A DNA stretch of 64,000 nt, taken from Minutocellus sp. GHC0000111. Taxonomy: Eukaryota. The stretch is taken from positions 7,192,001 through 7,256,000 of the forward strand of contig OZ361256.1 of NCBI GenBank assembly GCA_977018835.1. The letters are read 5' to 3'. Shown piece after piece: positions 48,801 through 58,809 of this stretch. The notes below the pieces were generated by a model. The model saw nothing but the letters and a program-made list of their open reading frames with translations, was not told the origin of the DNA and made no database searches. The translations under genes and the position numbers were made by a program. The number at the start of each line of letters is the position of its first letter. Within the stretch, counting starts at the first letter, position 1.

Positions 48801-51800
48801 ATCAGGAGCGATAATCACCCCTAGTATCTCCATAGCCTTGTTGACCGGCAGGCGCTCGATCGGTCGCCGTCCACGTGGAGTGGCCATGTCGATGAGAGGG
48901 GATGACGATCGATAGTACGACCACTGCCCTCCACGCCATCGGATTTCCATTCCATAGCACTTGGTCTTCTTGGGCTGGGCCTTGCCGCCTGTGACTCTCA
49001 TACCAGCGATGTACAAGTCAGTACTCTTCTGGGATCGATCGACGACGCAGTGGAAGGGCTCATCCGGGGTAGCTGCGAGTGTTGTCTTGGTGGTGTCATC
49101 AACGAATGCATATCCCACCAATCGTAGCTCCTCTCCTGAGATGCAGCATTTGAAGGTAGCGCCGTATCCCTGCTTCCTCAACATGTTGAGAACAGGTGTG
49201 CTCACGACCGCCCATATGGCTGGGGCAGCGCCATTGCCTTGCCCGAGGCCTTGAGGAGGGGGTCGGATCGGTATCACCCAAAGTTCACCCCCGTATCGGA
49301 AGTCAGAGTCTCCAGCTGCTGTCCTGACGGCATGCTTCATGTCTTGTAGCGTAGTAAAGGTGCAGATGATTGGTTCTTTGGGGGCGCCAACTCGTTGCAT
49401 GCAGAGACTTGCAATCGAGTGTACGACAAGATCGTAGTTGGACTTGAGATCGATGAATTCCGCGATGGCATGACAACGACGAAGTCGTGTGAAGTCGAAG
49501 AAGAGTCTTGTATTCAGAGCCTGCACGTCGGCAGCCTTGTGTCGGCGCGAGCCATACTGTTCAGGGGCCAGCCCTCCACACTCTTCGGCTCGTCCTAGAA
49601 GTAGCCGGCCGAGGCGCTTGTTGTGCATGTTACAATCGACATCGAAAAGTAAGATCGGCCGCAGTCCCGAGGCCAAAAAGGATCCAAGCTTCTTTTGTAT
49701 CAAAAGATCGATGCCCTTGCGCCAAAGCTCCGGCGAGTATCCCGTCAGCCATGGAAAGTGCGCTGATAAGTATCCAGCCTGGACCAGTTCCTCGTCCTCA
49801 CATTCCACTCGGAACATTGCCGGCGTTAGGTTCGACGGCCCACTGGCCGTCCGTTCCCTGATCCACCCCTTCCAGCCGCACTTGTAGGAATCGACAGTGA
49901 ACCATTCTGGCGCCGGAGGACCAGATCGATATGGCTCCAGAGCTTCAAGCTCGGGAAGCAACAACGAGGCTGCTTCACTCAGGCCGGCGGGTTCAAAGTA
50001 CGTTCCCTGCAAGATCTCATCTCCAAAGGTTGTCATGGCGACATAGCCAAGAAGGTCTCGTAATGGTGAGATCATTGCATCCGTATCCTCCGATAGTCGG
50101 CTTCTGCTCTCCACTTCCTTGGCCGCGCCCTCGATGATCTCCTCATTTGTCGTACAGACATGCTTCTCCAACATGATCTCCTCCTTCTCGTCATACATCG
50201 TATTGCCCTCATCGTCGAGCTTTGGGGATTCAGTGATGAGAGTATCGATGCCTCCTCCTCGCCGGCGCGGTCGGATCCTTCTCAGCCGGCGGTGTTTTGC
50301 TCTCACCTCCGCCGCTGCCAGATTGGCGTTGAGTTTCTTGGCCACGTCGAGATTGCCTTCCGCAGCCTGAGCCTGTGCGAGTTCCTCGACGTGAGTGCGA
50401 TGGAGAGCGCCGGCCGTTGGTTTGGTGGCATGGTATTCCTTGTAGGCCTGGCTTCGTAGTTGATAGAGCTCAGAGAGAGTACGGGGCTGGAGCCAGTCCT
50501 CCTTGTTACACTTCCTGGCGAGGCGTCGCAGAGTCTTCTGTCGCACCCTGCATCGCGGCTTGGTCTTACGGTCAATTAGTTTCTGGACCAGCTGAATAGA
50601 GGTCTTGGCCGCTTTGATCGGAGGAGAGCTGGGCAGACCAAGGTAGATCCTCCGCACCGATCGTTCCGATGACACTCTGATATCAGTCACATCCTTGTCG
50701 ATGGCCTCGAACTCTTGCGCTTGCTCAGCCGTAGGGGGAGACGTTGCCGTCGTCAGCAGCCTTTGCAGCCGAGGGATGATGTTCTTCCGCCTCATCTTTC
50801 TCCGGACGACCTCCTTGTACTTCTTCTTGCCGCGAGGATCCTTCTGGTTCAACCGACGGATGTAGTGGGGCTGAGTTGGAGGAGCGAGATGCCCAAACGC
50901 TATCTGCACCGCCATTCTTATCCACAGGAACCGATGATCGGATTTCGGGCCGTCGTGGTACGGAAGATAACCACCGGCAAGGATCGAGAGACCCGGCGTA
51001 CAGAAAATGCCGTCGATTGGAATCTTGCTCTCATTTCGGATGCAAGTCTCCGGCCCCTCATCACCGTGCTTTTCGATTATCACCTCCCGCAGCTTGAGAT
51101 CATCATCTCCGAAAAAGTCAGCCAAGTGAGAGCCCCTTACATCCTCGTTGAAATCTCCCATCACCACCACCTGGTCGCCGTCGTTGATCCATGTTTTTAG
51201 CTCGGCCTTCAAATCTTCGTAGAAAGCTGCGATTGGTTCAATATCCCGCTTGATCGAATCAAAGTACCGGATGTGCTGGGCGGCCACCGACTCTGTCTTG
51301 CCCCTGCCACTTGGTCGATATGCTGTGACGATCCTAATCGATGCACCCCCCTTCCCTCGAAGCCTCTGCCAGGTCCAGCGGCAGAGGCCGTGTGCGTCAG
51401 AGCCTACTTGCCACACCTTGGCGGCCGTCTCGCCCACCGTCATCATGGCCGTACCACCCCACTGCCGCTCTCCTTATCATGACGATTATAACCGGCCGCG
51501 GCCCGAATCTGCTGGCTGGGAAAGTGTCCACGGAATCGTCCATCAAAGTGATCCTCGTCGGGAATAATATCCCAGCGTCGGTCTGGCTGAGTCAACCCAA
51601 TAGTATCTACGCCGTACCGTCGCATCATTTCCGTGAGAGCAAAATTTTTCATTCCACTGGCCTTTTCTGGCAGTGTAGCGATATTGCCCACCACAAGAAG
51701 ATACTCATCATTCCGCTCGCGGAGCTGCAATGTATCCCCCCACGAAAGCCGCTGTTCTGCAGTTAACCTGGATTGATTTTGTTTCGTTAGTTTAGTGGCA

Positions 51801-51901
51801 TCCCGGCCCCTACTCCTAGCCGTTCTTTCCTTATCACTCCACTGAGCCGGTTGCCAACGGTGTAGCCCTATCTCAGCTTGCCCCTCCCGATCAGGGCACA
51901 T
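45861..51901 (-). CDS. LINE ORF2: APE endonuclease - reverse transcriptase - RNase H - Cys motif (one frameshift near 51470)
   Basis: APE: QWGGT, VTAYRP, GDFNED, IDGIF, SDHR. RT: EQYGSR, DLKSNYD, GQGNGAAP, AFVDD. RNase H: SDGS, RSELAG, CDGESAL, HVHGHQD. C-terminal CARCGALEEDSRHVLRC. Confidence 0.92.
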
Positions 51902-53726
51902 TGATCACCTCATCGTTCGGCGGTCTTGCTCCGCCGGCCTCTCTCGAGGCCCCCGATTCATCAGCTTTGTCTTGTCCCGTCGGGGTGACGAGGTTGCCCT
52001 CCAGCCACCCTTGTGCCCTCATTGGGGGTGGCAGTGGCAGCCCGAGGGTGATGAAATTGTTCTCCAAGATCGCTCGTTGACGTCGAAGCACCGTCGGAGG
52101 AGAGTGAGCCACCTGCTGCAATCGTGTGCCCTGGAGAGACTGGTGGAGGTCACAGTCCAGAGGAGATCCACTGGCTCGTTGAGAAACCAATCGGTCCAAG
52201 AGCCACCAAAGACGGCGTATCTCGTCCTCCCGAGGGGGGCTGAAGCCAGTACCATTAGCTGGCGAGCCGCCACCAGCAGTGGAACGAGGTGTCATCAGCA
52301 CCTCGAGGGCAGTGTCGACCGAGCATTCGCTGATCGTACTCGCCTCGTCATCGTCTGCCCTGATTTCCTGTCCCTCTTGGTTGGTTGGTTTCTCCTTCTC
52401 TTCAATGGCATCGACGCAGGCTGCTGCGATGGCAATCGCAAATTTTGCCGCCGCTTTGAGGGTGGGGCGGTCAATGGACCCTCCAATCAGCTTTGCTGCA
52501 ACCTCCTGGACCTCTGAGGTCGCAGGATATTGTCGAATCTCCTCTGGCGTGACACCCTTAGCGATGGCCTCGTTGACGAGTTCAACCATGACCTGAGTAG
52601 CTCGCTTGTTGCTCTTATCCGTAGCCAAGGAGGAGGCTGCTTCGAGGATCGATTCTCGGAGGGCCGCCGACGCTATCGAGCGGTCGGATACCACCGTGTC
52701 CTCGTCCTGTAGGTCCTGCTGGTGACGTCGTTGCTGCTGACGCAGACGTCGTACTACTGACGCTGTGGTATCCGACGTCTTGGCGATGGGATCTGGGGTG
52801 GCTCGTCGAGTTGCTGCCGTGTTGACCGACAGGGCGTCTGTGGTATCTTCACCGGCAAATCTAACTCGAGGCGGATTCTGCGCTGCTGGCAGAGGTGACG
52901 TCGGAGCTCCCTCCTCTTGGGCGGATCTGGCCAACCGTTGTAGTTCCGCTTCGTCATCGTCGTCGTCCTCGTCCTTGAGATCAGCCTGGTCCGTATCGTC
53001 GCGAAGGCTGGCCGTGAGAGTATTCTTGTTGAAGTTGTACTGGTTGCTCAGGATCACTGCCTTCCGAAGAAGTGGTGGTGATCGTTTCGTCGCCGGTACC
53101 GTCCGTCGGTCCCACAGCTTGCCACGTTCCTTTTGCTGATGCCGCGTCGGCCTCTTCAAGATGCTTTGTGTGCTTTCGTCGCATCGCAACGGCAGTCGTG
53201 AAAGCCTGCACGTCCCCCAGTCTGCCGGCTTTGTTGGTAGGGCATCGGAAGGCTTGCGTTGGTTCGGCAGCTGCGTTTCCATCGTTTTTTCCTCCGTTGG
53301 TCGTCGGGGGGGCCCCGCCTTATCCCGTCCAGCCTCCTTGTCCTGGCTCCCTCCTGGGCTCCAACTGACGGCTATAGCTCGCTGATTCCGTGGTATTTTG
53401 AGCCGACTCTCGCTCCTGACGCGCTGGGGAAGGGGCGTTGGATGGTGGTGAAGCTTGTTCGTCGATCGTCCCCTGCCGGATACGGGTGGTGCGGGTGGGG
53501 GTCGAGTCAGTATACCGGGGGCATTGGCAATATCAACCGCTGCCTCGTATTGGGCGATTTCCGTGGCGGTGCGTATCGTTCGTGCGCATTGCCCGGTCCA
53601 TGGGTGATCAGTTGCCGGCATCTTGGCCTGAAGTTGTCGTTGGCGGTGTGTCATGATGTGTTCTGGTTCGTTATTATTTGTTTCCGGGTGACCTCTCCAA
53701 TTGCCCGTTGATGGGGAAGAAGTGCA
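51891..53726 (-). CDS. LINE ORF1, 3' portion (5'-truncated)
   Basis: Open frame running from the 5' TSD junction to a TGA at 51891, overlapping the ORF2 ATG at 51901. No recognisable domain. Confidence 0.7.
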   Translation of the reverse strand, partial: CTSSPSTGNWRGHPETNNNEPEHIMTHRQRQLQAKMPATDHPWTGQCARTIRTATEIAQYEAAVDIANAPGILTRPPPAPPVSGRGRSTNKLHHHPTPLPQRVRSESRLKIPRNQRAIAVSWSPGGSQDKEAGRDKAGPPRRPTEEKTMETQLPNQRKPSDALPTKPADWGTCRLSRLPLRCDESTQSILKRPTRHQQKERGKLWDRRTVPATKRSPPLLRKAVILSNQYNFNKNTLTASLRDDTDQADLKDEDDDDDEAELQRLARSAQEEGAPTSPLPAAQNPPRVRFAGEDTTDALSVNTAATRRATPDPIAKTSDTTASVVRRLRQQQRRHQQDLQDEDTVVSDRSIASAALRESILEAASSLATDKSNKRATQVMVELVNEAIAKGVTPEEIRQYPATSEVQEVAAKLIGGSIDRPTLKAAAKFAIAIAAACVDAIEEKEKPTNQEGQEIRADDDEASTISECSVDTALEVLMTPRSTAGGGSPANGTGFSPPREDEIRRLWWLLDRLVSQRASGSPLDCDLHQSLQGTRLQQVAHSPPTVLRRQRAILENNFITLGLPLPPPMRAQGWLEGNLVTPTGQDKADESGASREAGGARPPNDEVINVP

Positions 53727-53766
53727 CACAGCTACACGTACAGCCTATCATTTCGCATTCGGCACC

Positions 53767-55413
53767 ATGGCGTCCTCTCCCACCGCCGCCACAAGCACCA
53801 CGGCGTCCGATGACGCCGTGATGGGTTTGCTAGTGAAGCTCGCGGATCAACTCTCCCAAGAGAAGCAAGAACCATCAGAGATTCAAAAGGTGCACAACTC
53901 ACTCGCCGCCCTCGCCTCGGCCACCCACACGACCGAGATTCTGGCTCGGCATCTCTTTACCACTGCAAGCTCATCGGCGGATACATCTCAGCAAGGACTT
54001 GGTGACAGCCAGTCGCTTGCTGTGTTGACGTATCTCGTGACAACTGACGCGGCGAAATATCTCAAGCCGAGCAGCCGTTCCGTGCGGTCGGTAGCAGAAT
54101 CATTGGCCACACCCAACGCAAACACTGGTGTGGTCGCAGCCACGAACGCCGAGCTGTCGGACGACACTCTCTCGGTGATCGTTTCTCAGCTGGGCGGTCC
54201 AGATGTGGAATCGGCCGACAATGCCGCAGCAACGCTCGTAGCTCTGGCCAAGACTTTGGGACCGTCGGTGGACGTTCGATGCGTTGAGTCGGTGTCATCC
54301 TTGTGGGATACTATTACGCAAACAATCCAGAACAAACCAGATCAGAAGCGTCCCCTCAGTACCGTTAGCGTCCGATGTGCCTCGACCATTGTCGATTTGG
54401 TGTGCTTGGGAGATGCATCGATGGATGCCGCCGTGAAGGCAGGTTCCATGGGCCTACTTCTGGGTCTAGTATCAGACGGCGAGGGTCCGCTGATGCAAAT
54501 GTCAGTTCTCGATCTGATGGAGAAGATGGCAACGACGGTACCCATGCAGGGCAGCAGGGCACAGTGGTTGTTCGATCGCAAGGTGTTGAATCCTTTGCTG
54601 GAAATGGCCGGCTCGACTGGTTCGCCGGATCCTTTTTGCGGTGGTCCTGCGCTTCGCACCCTTTCGGCGTTCTGTAAGCTCGCACACACTCGTATGCCAC
54701 AAGACGAGGCATCGCCGCAATTATTTGCTCTTGCCGATGACTCGGAGCGGTTGGGTGGCTTCCATCGTGCTCTGCACTGCTTTGAAGAACAGTCGTCGGG
54801 GGAGAACGATCGGCTTGCGTTTGTGGATGCCGTATCTTCATGGGCTTCGGCATCACCTCAGGCGCTGACCCTTGTAATTGATGATCCTATGCTGAGAGAA
54901 GGATGGATGTCGCTCAATGTGTCCCAGCCGAAACTCAAGAGTGTCATTCTATACTCGGTTGCTACTTGCATTGACCCTCCTTCCCAGGTAGATAGCAGCG
55001 GCGATACTGTGATGGCGTCCAATGTACCCTCCAATCAGCTGTCTATGCGCCTCTATGATGCCCTGGGTTCAGTAAATGGCAAGGATGCTACTGATGTGGT
55101 GCTATCCGCTGCTCAATCCTCTTTTGCGGAACTCCGCCTTGGGGCTTATGCATTGCTGCATGCTGTCGCCAAGAGAGGCATGGGCGCCCAAGTTCTTTTG
55201 TCTCACAACTCGTTCTATGAGTTTCTGGTAACTCGCGAAAAAGAATCAACAAAAGAAGGCAAGGAGGCAAAGCATGCTATCGTCGAGGCTGTGCTTGCCA
55301 GTGAAGCCAAACCATTGCTTGCTGATAGCATCGTCGCGACCTTGGAGAAGATTGCACAACAAGGCCCTCATTATAAGAATGTTTCGTCGTACGAGCTTGC
55401 GACCGAGTCCTAG
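53767..55413 (+). CDS. PSMD5: 26S proteasome assembly chaperone S5b/Hsm3-like (ARM repeats)
   Basis: Helical-repeat ORF with C-terminal FYEFLVTREKESTKEGKEAKHAIVEAV..QQGPHY. Confidence 0.7.
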   Translation: MASSPTAATSTTASDDAVMGLLVKLADQLSQEKQEPSEIQKVHNSLAALASATHTTEILARHLFTTASSSADTSQQGLGDSQSLAVLTYLVTTDAAKYLKPSSRSVRSVAESLATPNANTGVVAATNAELSDDTLSVIVSQLGGPDVESADNAAATLVALAKTLGPSVDVRCVESVSSLWDTITQTIQNKPDQKRPLSTVSVRCASTIVDLVCLGDASMDAAVKAGSMGLLLGLVSDGEGPLMQMSVLDLMEKMATTVPMQGSRAQWLFDRKVLNPLLEMAGSTGSPDPFCGGPALRTLSAFCKLAHTRMPQDEASPQLFALADDSERLGGFHRALHCFEEQSSGENDRLAFVDAVSSWASASPQALTLVIDDPMLREGWMSLNVSQPKLKSVILYSVATCIDPPSQVDSSGDTVMASNVPSNQLSMRLYDALGSVNGKDATDVVLSAAQSSFAELRLGAYALLHAVAKRGMGAQVLLSHNSFYEFLVTREKESTKEGKEAKHAIVEAVLASEAKPLLADSIVATLEKIAQQGPHYKNVSSYELATES

Positions 55414-55493
55414 CTAGAGTATAATTGAGACAAGGATTGCCTTGCCTGTTAAAACATTGGCTAGTAGATCTATTCCTATCTCCTGTACTTGAA

Positions 55494-56461
55494 TCAGGCT
55501 CCAACGCCCGTCCCAGCTTCGGTAGAATTCTCAGTCAACAAAACATATTCTCTTGTACTGGCACCGAGGGTTATAACATCTCCCTTTCTCAGCTCGTAAT
55601 ATCGGGCACTCTCCAATCGAACACCGTTGACAAAAGTCCCATTGGTCGAATCGAGGTCCATCAGATACGGCCGACAGCGGAGTCTACCCCGATGCTGGCA
55701 TCGGGAGTGGCACGATATTGAAGGACGCAGTGCTGCGATGACAAGCTGGGGTGAAGCACAGGAATGTCGGCTACCTTTGCCTCCCTCCCAAACAGGTAAG
55801 CTGACTGGCGTGACACGTGCAGCGTTTCAATCAGCTCTCCGTCGTCAGCGCTCCCGCTCTTGACTGCATCGCCCTCCTTCTTGCGAAACACGTAGAGACG
55901 CCACCTCGTATTCGGAGCTCGAGCCTCAGGTGGCTCAGAAAATTTTAGCAGGATGCCATTGTACACATTGCCCGTGCGCTCGTCGGAAGCCAAAGCACCA
56001 GAAAGACCAAAGTCGGCCTTCTTTTTCTCCTGTTGCTTTGCTTCGTCTCCTTGCTCGGCACCACCCTCACTCGTCGTCTTGGCTGCTCCGGTACCCCACG
56101 CCAGGTCGGGTATCGGCTCCTCCTTGCTTTTGCCACCCCACCGTCGCTGTCGCTTACAATGCTGCCCGTCGGCAGAGTTACCACCGCCGCCGCTGCCACC
56201 AGAAGGGCCGTAATAATCTCTCTTTTCTCCTCCGCCACCGCCAGCGCCACCACCGCCATTACTACCGGTAGTCTTGTGCCGGTTTTGTGCGTGTGAGGCC
56301 TTCTTCTTGGGAGGGGCCTTCTCTGCCTGCCGCTGCTCGGCTGATGCCAACAACGCCGCAAGAGCCGCATCGTCAGATACACCACCGCCACCACCTCCAG
56401 AGGGCGCCGGGGGCGGGTTGCCACCGCCGCTTCCGCTGACCTTGCTTCCCCAGCGGCTCAT
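55494..56461 (-). pseudogene. SNIP1: SNIP1/Pml1-like FHA-domain splicing factor, frameshift inside the FHA domain
   Basis: FGLSGALA, LKFSEPPEARAP..WRLYVF, YLFGRE..HPSLSSQH.VLQYR. After a frameshift near 55668: YLMDLDSTNGTFVN..RYYEL..STREYVLL. Confidence 0.85.
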
Positions 56462-56668
56462 GGTTTGCAAAATAATGAATGAGGGTTTTCTGCGCGGTCT
56501 GTCTGTCTGCATTCTACGTACGTAGCCACGAGCTCATACGTACGTAGCTTCGTCATCATTCGATTTCGTCATTCATTCGAAGACGATACAGGGTACGAAG
56601 AACACATCACTTGCTTGAGGATACGAGTAGGAATTCCTACATACATGTACTGTAGTAATTCCCAAGCC

Positions 56669-58669
56669 ATGGCTTGGCCCTGCTTACTGCTGCTCTTGTT
56701 GGCACATCCGTCGGGTGTAGATGCATATGCTCCTGCATCGACCAATAATAATGTCCCCTCCAACTTGAAGGAGAGGTTGGCGGAAGACCGAAAGTATTGG
56801 GAGGTTGCCCCGACGAAGTACAAGCCCGAGGCTCGTCCCCTGCCGCCATCCCTCCTTGAGGCTGTGGAGACCAACACGCACCCCGCCGATGAGGATCAGT
56901 CGACGTTGGGACGAGGCGTCTTTGTGACTGCCGATTGGAGGCGGGCTTGGTACACTTACAAGTCACCACCCGAGGAACCGGATCTTATTGTTCCGGCGAC
57001 GGGTGCTGCCGAATACGAGATCATCACCGAAGACATGATCGAGGGCACCATCCCTGACGATCTGGTTGGGACAATGTATCGCAATGGTCCTGGAAATTTC
57101 GGATTTGGTGATCAGCGCGTTCAGCATGTCTTGGATAGCGACGGCCTCGTTCTTTCGGTGGACTTTGGCAAACCAGACGCCAACAACGACAATAGGCGCA
57201 CATTCACCTTTCGTTCTCGCTTCGTGGAGACCGAGGGATTCAAGGCGGAGAGGGATGCCAATGCGTTCGTGTACCGAGGAACATTCGGCACGGCACCGCG
57301 AGCCTTTTTCGATAAGACTGCTGGTGATGGTTTGAACGCTGACCCCAAAGAAGTGTCGCTGGCATCTCGTGTTGCAGCAAATGCCTTCAAGACCAAGATT
57401 AAAAACACGGCGAACACCCAAGTCATTGCATTTGGGAACAAGGTCCTTGCTCTGTTTGAGGCTGGCTTACCACATGAGCTTGATCCGGTGACATTGGAAA
57501 CCATCGGCGAGTACGATATGGGCGGTTCACTTGGTGATTCTTCCAGACTTCCCGTTCGGCTTAGCGCTGACATTCCTGAAGAGTTCCAGCCCGATTTGAT
57601 TGGCGGATCTGCCCACACTGCTCATCCCAATGTCTGTCCGAATACTGGTAATCTTGTTGGATGGTCGTGGTCTCAGGTTGTGGATGAGAAGAGCTTGGAG
57701 GTGACGTTCAGCGAGTGGGATTCCGAAGATTTTAGCTCTGTCGCTTCCACTACTCATCGAATAGCTGGATGCGAACTTGCTCCGCACGATATGTGTCTCA
57801 TGGAAAACTGCATCATGCTGAAGGTGAACTCTCTGACGATGAATACAGCTCCATTCATGGCTGGAGTAGCGGGCCCGGCAGCATCGCTTGCAATGGATGG
57901 CCAAGCACCGGTCAAGGTTCATGTATTTCCCAGACCAACAGCTGCGAATCAGTTTGAGCCATACAGTGTTGACGTACCTGCTTGTTTCAGCATTCACTTT
58001 TCTCATGGATACGAAGACAAAGAAACTGGTAATCTCGTTTCGTTCTTTTCTGGTTGGCCTCCATCTGATAGCAAAGACTTTTTGGGCGCCTGGGGTGGCT
58101 TTGCACCACAGTTCGAGGTCATCCCTCCAACTTATATTTGGCGCTTGGAGATTGACCCAAAGACAAAGACATGCGTCGATCTTGACATTGCTCCTGGTGC
58201 ATCCAATGCCTGTGCCGAGCATCCCCTCGTCCATCCTGCATTCTCCACGAGCCCAGCAAAATATGTCTATGCTGTGGGGAGCAATAACGTCGGTGATAGC
58301 ACGGCGCCATGCGGATACTCAAAGCTGTGTGTTGAGGATGGAAAAAGGGAAAAGCTGCCAATTGGCGAGTACAATTCAGAAATTGACTCCTACTGGTTCG
58401 GCGCGAGATATTTTGCCGGCGAGCCTCTTATCGTGCCCAAAAGCAAGAATGATGATGGGACTTGTCCCATGGAATATAACGAGAGAGAGGCTTACTTACT
58501 AGGGATGGTACAGGATGCCGTCAAGGATCGGAGCTTTGTCGCAATTTTTGACCTCGAGAAAGATCTAAAGGAGGGACCCGTCGCAAAATTATATCTCAAG
58601 AGCGCTGTGCCACACGGCCTTCACGGTTGCTTCACCTCTGACGATGGATGTAGCTCAGTATTTTGCTAG
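56669..58669 (+). CDS. Carotenoid/apocarotenoid cleavage oxygenase (RPE65/CCD family), likely plastid-targeted
   Basis: YRNGPG, NTANT and four Fe-ligand His motifs (TAHP, PHDM, IHFSH, HGLHG). Signal peptide ending VDA-YAP. Confidence 0.9.
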   Translation: MAWPCLLLLLLAHPSGVDAYAPASTNNNVPSNLKERLAEDRKYWEVAPTKYKPEARPLPPSLLEAVETNTHPADEDQSTLGRGVFVTADWRRAWYTYKSPPEEPDLIVPATGAAEYEIITEDMIEGTIPDDLVGTMYRNGPGNFGFGDQRVQHVLDSDGLVLSVDFGKPDANNDNRRTFTFRSRFVETEGFKAERDANAFVYRGTFGTAPRAFFDKTAGDGLNADPKEVSLASRVAANAFKTKIKNTANTQVIAFGNKVLALFEAGLPHELDPVTLETIGEYDMGGSLGDSSRLPVRLSADIPEEFQPDLIGGSAHTAHPNVCPNTGNLVGWSWSQVVDEKSLEVTFSEWDSEDFSSVASTTHRIAGCELAPHDMCLMENCIMLKVNSLTMNTAPFMAGVAGPAASLAMDGQAPVKVHVFPRPTAANQFEPYSVDVPACFSIHFSHGYEDKETGNLVSFFSGWPPSDSKDFLGAWGGFAPQFEVIPPTYIWRLEIDPKTKTCVDLDIAPGASNACAEHPLVHPAFSTSPAKYVYAVGSNNVGDSTAPCGYSKLCVEDGKREKLPIGEYNSEIDSYWFGARYFAGEPLIVPKSKNDDGTCPMEYNEREAYLLGMVQDAVKDRSFVAIFDLEKDLKEGPVAKLYLKSAVPHGLHGCFTSDDGCSSVFC

Positions 58670-58809
58670 CTACGTAGCTAGAGCAAGCCTATCTATTGCT
58701 GAGTTCACAATCTCGGAAGTACTTTCTTTCACTTAGTTATTCTTTCTATTTCTATAAAATTTCGTCTATTCCTAATCTCTAGTACAATCAAACACTTTCG
58801 CCATTTGAA

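Larger units (their letters stand above)
45538..53726 (-). mobile_element. Ambal-like non-LTR retrotransposon, 5'-truncated, with 16-bp TSD
   Basis: CACAGCTACACGTACA at 45522-45537 and 53727-53742. (TTG)n 3' tail on the minus strand. Partial ORF1 plus ORF2 with APE, RT and RNase H. Confidence 0.92.

Noticed and set aside
45861..51446. Prokaryotic RT system (retron, DGR or group II intron)
   Set aside because: The APE-RT-RNase H layout, ORF1, simple-repeat tail and TSD identify a non-LTR retrotransposon.
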